From positions 124,001-188,000 of the IMG/VR virus record IMGVR_UViG_3300023174_000045: a stretch of 64,000 bases of DNA; one strand, given 5' to 3'. The stretch's first letter is position 1. Each line of letters begins with the position of its first letter. A program made the position numbers and the translations under genes. Below are positions 1 through 9,064 of the stretch, piece after piece. The notes beneath the pieces were generated by a model. That model saw nothing but the letters and a program-made list of their open reading frames with translations, had not been told where the DNA came from and did not search any database.

Positions 1-1056
1 CTCAACGAAGGCATCTGGGACAGCATCAAAGGCACTGCCGGCAAGGCTGCTGGCAAGGCTGCTGACTGGGCCAAAACACAGGGTACCAATCTCACCACCA
101 AAGTCACTGCTGACAAATTAAAGAGTGCATGGCTCAAGGCTGGTTCACCCACAGACAGTGACCAAGTTTACAATGTGATGACTCAGGCCGGGGTGGCACC
201 ACAAATATTAGACACTGTGTACAAGACCATGGGCGTCCCCACGTTCAAAGAAAAAGCCCTAGCAAGACCAACAACACCTGCTTTTTCAAGCGCACCAATA
301 CCTGCTGGACCAGCATCTAAATCAGCAGCAGCCGCTGGGTCAGCACCAGCGACTACAACGCCAGCAAGTCCTGAAGTCACGCCTAACGCCGCTACACCAG
401 CAACAGCCGATGCCCCCAAGACAAAACAGTTGGGCACTGGTACTGGTCGTATCAATCCTGCCACTGGACGACCCTGGACTCCTAGCGAGCTCAAAGCCAA
501 GTATGCGCAACCACAGTCAACAGCGCCCACACCAGACTCAGAGCCACCTGCACCAGAACTTACTTCGCCAGAGCCTGCTTTAAAATCTAGCCCAACCGCA
601 CCGCAAAGCCCTGAAGAAATTAGAAAAGCCAAACAATCAGCTGCTGCTCTTGCTGCACAACAGGCCATGGGAGATGTTGCTTCACCAGCACCTGCACCTA
701 CTGTGGCGTCTACCCCGGCTCCAGCATCATCTGCCGCGCCTTCGGGTCCTCCTGGATTCAATGCTGGCAACTTGGCACAACTTCCCGGTATGGCACAATA
801 CATGCAACAAAAGCCGGCTGCGGCCAAACCTGCACCCAATTTTGCTCGAGGACCTGCTGCATATGGAAAGACCACAATGAATGTTGGACCAACTGCAACC
901 AAACCAACAGCCACAGCAGCACCAGCTGGCAAAAAGCCCACTGCACAACAGCAACAAGAATATTATAAATCTTTGGGATTGGCAGAGTCTCTGACCTGGA
1001 GCCAAAATTTTGATCCTGGACGCAGTCTGTATCGTAGAATGAAACAGGATATTTAA
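1..1056 (+). CDS. Ala/Pro-rich low-complexity protein, 5'-truncated
   Basis: Frame open from base 1 (LNEGIWDSIK...) through track ORF 175-1056. Confidence 0.75.
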   Translation, partial: LNEGIWDSIKGTAGKAAGKAADWAKTQGTNLTTKVTADKLKSAWLKAGSPTDSDQVYNVMTQAGVAPQILDTVYKTMGVPTFKEKALARPTTPAFSSAPIPAGPASKSAAAAGSAPATTTPASPEVTPNAATPATADAPKTKQLGTGTGRINPATGRPWTPSELKAKYAQPQSTAPTPDSEPPAPELTSPEPALKSSPTAPQSPEEIRKAKQSAAALAAQQAMGDVASPAPAPTVASTPAPASSAAPSGPPGFNAGNLAQLPGMAQYMQQKPAAAKPAPNFARGPAAYGKTTMNVGPTATKPTATAAPAGKKPTAQQQQEYYKSLGLAESLTWSQNFDPGRSLYRRMKQDI

Positions 1057-1136
1057 GAACACACCTACCTTAGGACCGTGTGGCCCGGCTGCTGGGTGAC
1101 GTGAGCGATTCGCTACCGTGATCGTCAAAGTGAGCA
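1057..1136. ncRNA. Candidate structured RNA with rRNA-complementary segments
   Basis: Three short hairpins; 15-nt and 9-nt complements to 23S 1919-1937 and 10-nt complement to 16S 518-527 (E. coli numbering). Confidence 0.55.
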
Positions 1137-1144
1137 AATTTCCA

Positions 1145-1172
1145 TTGACAATGCCAAAATTTGTGTTATACT
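1145..1172 (+). promoter_or_regulatory. sigma70-type promoter
   Basis: TTGACA-16-TATACT with TG extension. Confidence 0.65.
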
Positions 1173-1190
1173 AGTGTTTTAGGAGTATAC

Positions 1191-1451
1191 ATGGATACCA
1201 AAACATTCAACGGCGAGCAAAAACTCAAACTCACTCAAATCATCAACGAAGGTATGGCCGTGATGCACGAGATTGATACCCTTCAAGGTGGCCTGACCGA
1301 TACCATCAAGGCTGTGGCAGAAGAATTAGAAATCAAACCAGCTGTGCTGAAAAAAGCCATTAGAGTGGCACACAAGGCCGAATTTGGCAAGACCAAACAA
1401 GATCAAGAGCTGTTGGAAACAATTCTTGAAACCGTAGGCAAGACCTTATAA
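1191..1451 (+). CDS. T4 DsbA/GapR-like dsDNA-binding protein
   Basis: SD AGGAG; 86 aa helical, IKAVAEELEIKPAVLKKAIRVAHK pattern. Confidence 0.6.
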   Translation: MDTKTFNGEQKLKLTQIINEGMAVMHEIDTLQGGLTDTIKAVAEELEIKPAVLKKAIRVAHKAEFGKTKQDQELLETILETVGKTL

Positions 1452-1454
1452 ATA
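1447..1454 (+). promoter_or_regulatory. T4-type late promoter motif
   Basis: TATAAATA exact; also at 44482 and 46333. Confidence 0.5.
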
Positions 1455-1526
1455 CTGTTTTCAACAACAGCGAGTCGTTCACGTTACGAACATGTATCAT
1501 GGCTTACCGGCCACAAACGGAGAACA

Positions 1527-4187
1527 ATGAGTTATATTGACGCACTATTTGATCGTGAACACGATCGCATTCATGTTGTAGAACGCCGCGACGGCAAACG
1601 GCAGTATCGAGAGTATCCTGCCAATTATGTGTTCTACTACGACGACCCCCGAGGCAAGTTCCAAAGTATCTACGGCACGCCAGTGTCAAGGTTCAGTACC
1701 CGCAACAACAAAGAATTCCGCAAGGAAGTCCGAGCACAAAGCGGGCGACAGATCTACGAATCGGACATAAATCCCATATTCCGTTGCTTTGAAGAAAACT
1801 ACCGAGACCAAGACGCCCCCACATTACACACAGCATTTTTTGACATTGAAGTTGCTTTTGATGCTGTGCGTGGATTCTCGCCTGTGGAGGATCCTTTCAA
1901 TCCCATCACTGCTATATCGGTATATCTGGATTGGCTGGAGCAACTTGTGACACTTGTTGTGGCACCACGCCACATGAGTGCAGAGACTGCTCGTGAGATC
2001 TGTGCGGAATTTGAGAACACTGTGCTGTGCGAATCTGAAACAGACATGGTGAAGATGTTCCTGGACCTAATCGAAGATGCAGACATCTTGAGTGGTTGGA
2101 ATTCAGAAGGCTATGACATACCCTACACAATAAACCGTGTGACACGAGTACTCAGCAAAGACGACACCCGACGTTTTTGTTTGTGGGGGCAGTTTCCCAA
2201 GAAACGTATGTTTGAACGTTTTGGTGCTGAACAAGAAACTTATGACTTGGTGGGTCGTGTGCATATGGACTATATGCAACTGTATCGCAAATACACTTAT
2301 GAAGAGCGTCATAGTTATAGCCTGGATGCCATTGCTGAATACGAACTGGGTGAACGCAAAACACAATACGAAGGCACACTAGATCAATTGTACAACAACG
2401 ACTTTCCAAAGTTTATTGAATACAACCGACAAGATACATTGTTGTTGGACAAACTGGACAAGAAATTACGTTTCTTGGAACTGGCCAGCGAACTGGCACA
2501 TGCCAACACTGTGCTGTTGGCCACCACAATGGGTGCTGTGGCAGTGACTGAGCAGGCCATTATCAACGAAGCACATGAACGTGGCATGGTTGTGCCCAAT
2601 CGCAAGCAACGACTCACTGACGAGGACACACAGGCAGCAGGTGCCTATGTGGCATATCCCAAAAAAGGATTACATGAATGGATTGGGTCTGTGGACATCA
2701 ATTCATTGTATCCCAGTGCAATTCGTGCGTTGAACATGGGGCCAGAAACCATTATAGGTCAACTGCGTCCCATAATGACAGACCGGTATATCAAAGACAA
2801 AATGGCCAAGGGTGACTCATTTGCGGCAGCATGGGAAGGTGTGTTTGCCAGTCTAGAATACACTGCTGTGATGGAACAACAGCGTGGCACAGAGATCACC
2901 ATTGACTGGCAGTCAGGTGAGGAGACTGTACACTCGGGTGCTGAGATTTGGTACATGTTGTTTGACTCAAACCAACCTTGGATACTCAGTGCCAATGGTA
3001 CCATATTCACCTACGAAAAGAAAGGCGTTATTCCTGGCTTGCTGGAACGCTGGTATGCCGAACGCAAAGAAATGCAGGCCAAGAAAAAGGAGGCCAAGGA
3101 TGCCAAAGAGATTGCTTTCTGGGACAAACGTCAACTGGTTAAAAAGATTAATCTCAACAGTTTGTATGGCGCTATTCTTAATCCTGGCTGCCGCTTTTTT
3201 GACAAGCGAATTGGCCAATCAACTACCTTGACCGGTCGAAGTATTGCCAAACACATGGATGCGCACTTGAATGAATGTATCACAGGTGAATATGATCATA
3301 TGGGTAAAGCAGTAATCTACGGTGACACAGACTCCTGCTACTTCTCAGCATGGCCTGTGCTGAAACAAGAAGTTGCCGAAGGCCGCATGGAATGGTCAAA
3401 GGAAATCTGTATTCAGTTATACGATTCAATTGCTGACCAGGTGAACGACTCGTTCCCGGCATTTATGGAACGTGCTTTTCACTGTCCCAGAGACATGGGC
3501 GAGTTGATCAAAGCCGGACGTGAAACTGTAGCAGATCGCGGACTGTTCATCACCAAGAAACGCTATGCTGTGAACGCCATTGACATTGAAAACAAACGAC
3601 TGGACATCAACGGTGCTATTGGCAAGACCAAGGCTACTGGCCTGGATCTAAAGCGCAGTGATACCCCCAAAGTTATTCAAGACTTCTTGTTGGAAATTCT
3701 AAATAAAGTGCTGGCTGGTGCTGAACGTGAAGAAATCATTGAACGTGTGCGTGAGTTCAAGTATGAATTCAAAGAGCGGCCGGGCTGGGAAAAAGGCTCG
3801 CCCAAGCGTGTGAACAACTTGACCAAGTACGGCAAGGAAGAAGAACGCCTGGGCAAAGCCAACATGCCCGGACATGTACGTGCGGCCCTGAACTGGAACA
3901 ACTTGCGCAGAATGAATTCAGACAATTACAGTATGCAGGTGGTTGATGGTATGAAGACCATTGTGTGCAAACTGCGAAGCAATGCCTTGGGCTGGACGTC
4001 AATTGGCTATCCCACAGACGAGATGCACTTGCCGCAATGGTTCAAGGACTTGCCTTTTGATGACACAGAAATGGAAGCCACTGTGGTGGATCAAAAGATT
4101 GACAACTTATTAGGTGTGTTGGACTGGGACCTGGCAGCAGCCACCAACACTGAAAACACATTTACTTCGTTATTTTCTTTCGAATGA
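1527..4187 (+). CDS. DNA polymerase family B (T4 gp43-like)
   Basis: ExoI FDIE, motif A DINSLYPS, motif B KKINLNSLYG, motif C YGDTDS. Confidence 0.97.
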   Translation: MSYIDALFDREHDRIHVVERRDGKRQYREYPANYVFYYDDPRGKFQSIYGTPVSRFSTRNNKEFRKEVRAQSGRQIYESDINPIFRCFEENYRDQDAPTLHTAFFDIEVAFDAVRGFSPVEDPFNPITAISVYLDWLEQLVTLVVAPRHMSAETAREICAEFENTVLCESETDMVKMFLDLIEDADILSGWNSEGYDIPYTINRVTRVLSKDDTRRFCLWGQFPKKRMFERFGAEQETYDLVGRVHMDYMQLYRKYTYEERHSYSLDAIAEYELGERKTQYEGTLDQLYNNDFPKFIEYNRQDTLLLDKLDKKLRFLELASELAHANTVLLATTMGAVAVTEQAIINEAHERGMVVPNRKQRLTDEDTQAAGAYVAYPKKGLHEWIGSVDINSLYPSAIRALNMGPETIIGQLRPIMTDRYIKDKMAKGDSFAAAWEGVFASLEYTAVMEQQRGTEITIDWQSGEETVHSGAEIWYMLFDSNQPWILSANGTIFTYEKKGVIPGLLERWYAERKEMQAKKKEAKDAKEIAFWDKRQLVKKINLNSLYGAILNPGCRFFDKRIGQSTTLTGRSIAKHMDAHLNECITGEYDHMGKAVIYGDTDSCYFSAWPVLKQEVAEGRMEWSKEICIQLYDSIADQVNDSFPAFMERAFHCPRDMGELIKAGRETVADRGLFITKKRYAVNAIDIENKRLDINGAIGKTKATGLDLKRSDTPKVIQDFLLEILNKVLAGAEREEIIERVREFKYEFKERPGWEKGSPKRVNNLTKYGKEEERLGKANMPGHVRAALNWNNLRRMNSDNYSMQVVDGMKTIVCKLRSNALGWTSIGYPTDEMHLPQWFKDLPFDDTEMEATVVDQKIDNLLGVLDWDLAAATNTENTFTSLFSFE

Positions 4188-5125
4188 AGTTAAGCGACTT
4201 AGTTGATTATTTGAATTTGTTAGACAGCGATGCGTTATCGCCGGAATATGCGGTGGCCATGAACAGATTCCAGGCCATTGGCCATACCATTGCAAATCAT
4301 GCAGTGCAGATAGATAATTTCAGTGATGATATCAACAACAAACTGCAACAAGTCATTGACAGTTTTGCTGATGTGCAACAAACTGTGGAAGAACTCAAAT
4401 ACAGTATACGCAGACAAATTGCACAATTAGAACCTGCACAATATCAGCAAAGTCTTGCACTGTATGAAGATGAAATGGGTTATGAAACGTCAGAATACAT
4501 TTTAAACAGACGTCTGGCCATTGACTCTGAAAGTGAAGCATACTTGCGAGCCAGGCTGTTACGATACACAGATTGGCGGGTGCCTGGAATAATCATCAGA
4601 CCAGGGTTAGAAAAGTTTATTGAACATTTGGTGCCATTGGATCCATTGTACGTTGTGGATCAAAATTTAGAATTGCTAGAACCTGCATTAAATCAATTTA
4701 CTCCAGAGTATCGTCGACGACTACGTCCCTATGCTATCGACGATTACACAAACGAAAATGCCATGTGGCAGTTGCCAGACGGTCAATTTGGGTTTGTATT
4801 TGCCTACAACTATTTTAATTTTAAACCCATGCCAGTGTTGCGCAGATACATTGACCAAATTTACGCCAAGCTCAGACCTGGCGGAGTCGCACTGTTCACC
4901 TTCAATGATTGTGATTGGCGGCAAGGAGTAGCGCTTGCAGAAAAAAATTTCATGTGCTACACACCGGGAATCGAAGTTGTATCACATGCAAGTTCATTGG
5001 GATTTGAAATTTTGGACAGATATTGTGGACAGGGCAATCTTGCCTGGTTGGAAATTAAAAAACCCGGCGAAATCGAATCGATTAGGGGTGGTCAGAGCCT
5101 GGCCAAAATAATTGCTATTCAGTAA
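4184..5125 (+). CDS. Putative class I SAM methyltransferase-like protein
   Basis: GQFGFVFAYNYF and KLRPGGVALFT motifs; motif I degenerate. Confidence 0.5.
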   Translation: MKLSDLVDYLNLLDSDALSPEYAVAMNRFQAIGHTIANHAVQIDNFSDDINNKLQQVIDSFADVQQTVEELKYSIRRQIAQLEPAQYQQSLALYEDEMGYETSEYILNRRLAIDSESEAYLRARLLRYTDWRVPGIIIRPGLEKFIEHLVPLDPLYVVDQNLELLEPALNQFTPEYRRRLRPYAIDDYTNENAMWQLPDGQFGFVFAYNYFNFKPMPVLRRYIDQIYAKLRPGGVALFTFNDCDWRQGVALAEKNFMCYTPGIEVVSHASSLGFEILDRYCGQGNLAWLEIKKPGEIESIRGGQSLAKIIAIQ

Positions 5126-5160
5126 AAAAATCTATATAATCATACAACATAGGAGTATAC

Positions 5161-5883
5161 ATGAGAGATTATCTTAAAGACTTGGTAGAACACACACATG
5201 ATCTTGGCTGCATTGACTTGATCAAAATCACTGGCGATGACAAAAGCACAGCCATTGTGGGCGTGGCAGAAGATTTGAGTGTGGTGTTAGAAGGTGAATT
5301 CAAAAATCCACATCCAGATTTTATAGGCACATTTGGCATGCCCAACTTGAACAAGTTGAAAATTTTGTTGAACTTGCAAGAGTACAAGGAAAATGCCAAA
5401 CTCAAACTGACCAAGAAGGCCACAGGTGCTCCTGATGGCATTGAGTTTGAAAATGCTGGAGGAGACTTCCGCAACACATATCGTTTCATGGCAGCAGAAA
5501 TTGTCAACGACAAACTCAAAACACCCAAGTTCAAAGGGGTGACATGGCACATTGAATTTGAGCCCACTGTGGCTGCCATCCAAAAATTGCGTATGCAAGC
5601 ACAGGCCAATGCCGAAGAGCCCAACTTCCAGGCCCGGACCGAAAATGGCGACTTGAAGTTCTTCTTTGGTGACCATTCAACACACGCTGGTAACTTTGTG
5701 TTCCACTCAGGTGTCAACGGTCAATTGAAACGTGCTTGGAGTTGGCCTGCTCAACAGTTCATGTCCATCATGGCCCTGACTGGGGACAAAACTATTCGCA
5801 TCAGTGATGACGGTGCTGCCAAGATCACTGTGGATTCAGGCGTGGCTGTTTACAACTACATCTTACCAGCACAAAGCAAATAA
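5161..5883 (+). CDS. Sliding clamp (gp45-like)
   Basis: 240 aa near polB, FG.PNL.KL pattern of T4-like clamps. Confidence 0.7.
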   Translation: MRDYLKDLVEHTHDLGCIDLIKITGDDKSTAIVGVAEDLSVVLEGEFKNPHPDFIGTFGMPNLNKLKILLNLQEYKENAKLKLTKKATGAPDGIEFENAGGDFRNTYRFMAAEIVNDKLKTPKFKGVTWHIEFEPTVAAIQKLRMQAQANAEEPNFQARTENGDLKFFFGDHSTHAGNFVFHSGVNGQLKRAWSWPAQQFMSIMALTGDKTIRISDDGAAKITVDSGVAVYNYILPAQSK

Positions 5884-6089
5884 TGGAAACCAAAGCTAGA
5901 ACTGTGACAAGAATGATCACGTATAGAATAACCGCATGGTTGTTTACTATATTTTGGACTTGGTTGTTTACTGGTGACATTGCTTCGGCCACAGGATTTG
6001 CCACAGCTCTACACATCATGCTCAGTGTAGATTATTACATACACGAGCGTATCTGGTTAAAAATCAAGTGGGGCCGAATTGCAGGATAA
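5883..6089 (+). CDS. DUF2061-like small membrane protein
   Basis: ET..RT...YR and YYIHERIW..IKWG pattern. Confidence 0.65.
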   Translation: METKARTVTRMITYRITAWLFTIFWTWLFTGDIASATGFATALHIMLSVDYYIHERIWLKIKWGRIAG

Positions 6090-7605
6090 CTTAACCGCCA
6101 AACAAAATGATTACGCTGTGTTCTTACCAGCCATATCAGGTTTCTATGCCACATTTGTAGGCAAGCAACGCAACGAACCGTATGTGGATCCTGCACGTTT
6201 TCCTGCAGGGCTCACAGACATGGAACAAATGAATTGGCTCAACAGCCAAAAGGCGTTGTTCCCATACCGGTGGAGTCTGTATTCAGGCGGCCATGCCAAC
6301 TTGGACTTGAACAAACAAGACTGGTCAGAGGACATGGTTCGCAATCGCGAGCCAGGCACGTTCATGCTGGGCGACTCAGGTGGATTCCAGATTGCCAAGG
6401 GCCTGTGGGAAGGCGACTGGAAAGCCAACTCAGGCTGTGCCAAGGCTGAAAAGAAACGTAGTTCTATTCTTAAATGGTTGGACACGATCAGCGACTACGG
6501 TATGATCCTTGATATCCCTACCTGGGTCATTCATGACAAGAAAGCCAGCGATGCTTGCGGTATCAAGACACTGGAAGAAGCAGTGGATGCTACCAAGTAC
6601 AACAATGAGTACTTCATGGCTCATCGTAAAGGAAAGAAAAACGGTGGTGCTAAGTTCTTGAACGTGTTACAAGGTGACAACCACACATCAGCAGAAACAT
6701 GGTATCAAACCATGAAACAATACTGTGACCCTGTGCTGTACCCAGACACACACTTTGATGGGTGGGCCATGGGTGGTCAGAACATGTGTGATGTACACTT
6801 GGTGCTCAAACGTCTAATCGCACTCAAATACGATGGATTGTTGCAACCTGGCATACATGATTGGATGCACTTTTTGGGCACATCAAAGTTGGAATGGGCT
6901 GTGCTACTCACCGTGATTCAAAGAGCAGTTAGAAAATACGCTAATCCCGAATTTACTATCTCCTTTGATTGTGCCAGTCCATTCCTCGCCACAGCCAATG
7001 GTCAAGTGTACTATGAAAATGTGTTTGAACATGATTCAAAATGGTCGTATCGCATGGCACCGTCAGCAGACGACAAGAAGTATGCCACAGACACACGCAA
7101 GTGGCGAGATGGTGTACTTGCAGATGGCATCTATCCACGCTGGGAAGATAGTCCAATCAGCGACATGCTGAAGATGAAAGACATCTGTATCTATGCACCC
7201 GGAGATGTTAATAAAAATGGTAAAGAAGGCAAGACGTCGTGGGATAGTTTCTCATATGCTTTGCTGATGGGTCACAATGTTTGGATGCACTTGACTGCTG
7301 TGCAAGAAGCCAACAGACGCTTTGATGCCGGAGAACATCCTGCCATGATGCGTCGACAAGGCGGCGACTATGCCAAGTTCGAAGACATTGTGGAAGCCAT
7401 ATTTGCCGCGTCCACACGTGAGGAGAGTGAAGCCATTATTGAACACTACAGTGGTTATTGGATGGAGATTGTGGGCACACGTGGCTTCAAAGGCAAAAAA
7501 GCCATGAACGCACGTACACAATTCAATGCATTGTTTGAATATGAGCAGACTGAGCAAGAAGATTTTGATTCAACCAAACTTGATCGACTGGAGGCCACAG
7601 TATGA
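6079..7605 (+). CDS. TGT-family transglycosylase, DpdA-like (TTG start)
   Basis: DSGGFQ, LDIP, LQG, AMGG, HFLG, SFDCASP motifs; Zn-binding CxCxxC absent. Confidence 0.85.
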   Translation: MQDNLTAKQNDYAVFLPAISGFYATFVGKQRNEPYVDPARFPAGLTDMEQMNWLNSQKALFPYRWSLYSGGHANLDLNKQDWSEDMVRNREPGTFMLGDSGGFQIAKGLWEGDWKANSGCAKAEKKRSSILKWLDTISDYGMILDIPTWVIHDKKASDACGIKTLEEAVDATKYNNEYFMAHRKGKKNGGAKFLNVLQGDNHTSAETWYQTMKQYCDPVLYPDTHFDGWAMGGQNMCDVHLVLKRLIALKYDGLLQPGIHDWMHFLGTSKLEWAVLLTVIQRAVRKYANPEFTISFDCASPFLATANGQVYYENVFEHDSKWSYRMAPSADDKKYATDTRKWRDGVLADGIYPRWEDSPISDMLKMKDICIYAPGDVNKNGKEGKTSWDSFSYALLMGHNVWMHLTAVQEANRRFDAGEHPAMMRRQGGDYAKFEDIVEAIFAASTREESEAIIEHYSGYWMEIVGTRGFKGKKAMNARTQFNALFEYEQTEQEDFDSTKLDRLEATV

Positions 7606-8102
7606 ACAGAGCAGGACATGATGATGTCAACTTCTTTACAGGAACCGAAGTAGAACGCACACCAGCATTTGGTCGACGCACATTGTTTGTGGTAGGTGTA
7701 CAATCAGTGGACGCTATTGCTGCCAAGTTAGAAAATGTAGACCAACACATCTTTTTTGGTGCCAACCACAGTTTCAATCCTCAAACTCCTGCAGACTGGC
7801 GGACATGGGAAGAAATGATCACACACTTTTTGGACCTTGGATATCTTTGCACTTTGGACATTCCCATCGCCGCAGTGGAAGAATTTAATGATGGTTCATT
7901 GTGTGACTACCGCAACTTTATTCCACAGATTCGAGTAAGTGTGCCGTATACAAAACTGTGGAATTATAATACAATGTTAAAAATAGATGACAAGGACTTT
8001 GACGCTACCAATCCCGGCGTCTGGTGCCACAGTCTACACAGCCTGATGAGCCGTGAGACATTTACGTCGTGGGATGATTACAAAGGTGATAGAGAATTAT
8101 GA
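7602..8102 (+). CDS. Hypothetical protein coupled to DpdA-like gene
   Basis: ATGA overlap, 166 aa. Confidence 0.8.
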   Translation: MNRAGHDDVNFFTGTEVERTPAFGRRTLFVVGVQSVDAIAAKLENVDQHIFFGANHSFNPQTPADWRTWEEMITHFLDLGYLCTLDIPIAAVEEFNDGSLCDYRNFIPQIRVSVPYTKLWNYNTMLKIDDKDFDATNPGVWCHSLHSLMSRETFTSWDDYKGDREL

Positions 8103-8398
8103 AATGGTTTGATAATTGGTTTGCTAACAAAGTTCAAGAGTCTTGGAATCGAACCAGGGCGAACCCATCAACATCAAAAAATGAAATCATGGTCAGTGAA
8201 GATCGAAACAGCATCGGCGCCAGCCGACACAGAATAAACTTCACTGTGTATCGTGCCAATGGTGGCATGATGGTAGAATACAACAGATATGATGAACGCA
8301 AAGATCATCACTCTTGTGAATTGCACATTGTACATCCTGATCAAGACCTTGGTGACGCCTTGGGCAAAATTGTAACATTTGAAAGTTTGAAATCATGA
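8099..8398 (+). CDS. Hypothetical protein
   Basis: ATGA overlaps both sides. Confidence 0.75.
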   Translation: MKWFDNWFANKVQESWNRTRANPSTSKNEIMVSEDRNSIGASRHRINFTVYRANGGMMVEYNRYDERKDHHSCELHIVHPDQDLGDALGKIVTFESLKS

Positions 8399-8829
8399 AC
8401 CAAGAACAAAGAGACCAAGCAGAACGTGTGATGGAACACGCACAGCGACAAATCTGGGTCACATGGCAACGGGAAGGTATCCATAAATATCCTGCTGCCT
8501 TGACAGATCCTGCCCTTGCTGATGTACAATTCCTTGGTTATCCTCATCGTCACATGTTTCATTTCCGGGTGTGGATTGATGTGTTCCACAACGACCGAGA
8601 TCTTGAGTTCATCCAATTCAAACGCTGGTGTGAATCGCTGTATAGCAGTGACAATTCTGTTTTAAGCCTTGATCATAAAAGTTGCGAGATGATCGCAGAC
8701 GACCTATATATACAGATAGCATCACGCTATCCTGGTCGTGTGGTACATATCGAAGTCGCAGAAGACGGCGAAAATGGCGCACTGATCAAATACGAACTAA
8801 CCCGACCCAACCTCAACATTGTCATCTAA
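8395..8829 (+). CDS. QueD-paralogue T-fold protein, DpdL-like
   Basis: LGYPHRHMF = LxxxHRHxF; SCEMIA and EDGENGA T-fold motifs. Confidence 0.7.
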   Translation: MNQEQRDQAERVMEHAQRQIWVTWQREGIHKYPAALTDPALADVQFLGYPHRHMFHFRVWIDVFHNDRDLEFIQFKRWCESLYSSDNSVLSLDHKSCEMIADDLYIQIASRYPGRVVHIEVAEDGENGALIKYELTRPNLNIVI

Positions 8830-8839
8830 GGAGAACACC

Positions 8840-9064
8840 ATGGCAAGACCCACCTTCAAACCCAATCCCAAAGTCACAGAGATCCAAGAGGATCTTGAAG
8901 TGTACTTGGACTTCTGTCAGGACTATGGCTATCGTTACAACGAGGCCGATTTGTATAACTTCAAGAGTTATGCATGGCAACAATTCAACAAGTGGCATCA
9001 AGGCAAGAATGCCAAGAACATGTGGGACGAAGATACTCGTCGCTTTGCAGGATATCGCACATGA
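8840..9064 (+). CDS. Hypothetical protein
   Basis: SD AAGGAG, 74 aa. Confidence 0.75.
   Translation: MARPTFKPNPKVTEIQEDLEVYLDFCQDYGYRYNEADLYNFKSYAWQQFNKWHQGKNAKNMWDEDTRRFAGYRT

Noticed and set aside
1057-1136. HDV-like/theta, twister or SAM-SAH assignment for the intergenic RNA
   Set aside because: Could not build the required nested helices or conserved cores.
1527-4187. Intein or intron in DNA polymerase
   Set aside because: Continuous 886-aa frame with normally spaced motifs.
6079-7605. Ordinary tRNA-guanine transglycosylase (queuosine) call
   Set aside because: Longer than bacterial Tgt, lacks the Zn site, sits beside clamp/polymerase with a DpdL-like gene, and no queA/queF/queG are present; tRNA activity is not excluded.
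8974-9060. N-terminal extension of the glycosyltransferase
   Set aside because: Overlaps the 8840-9064 gene; ATG at 9061 gives the usual ATGA coupling.
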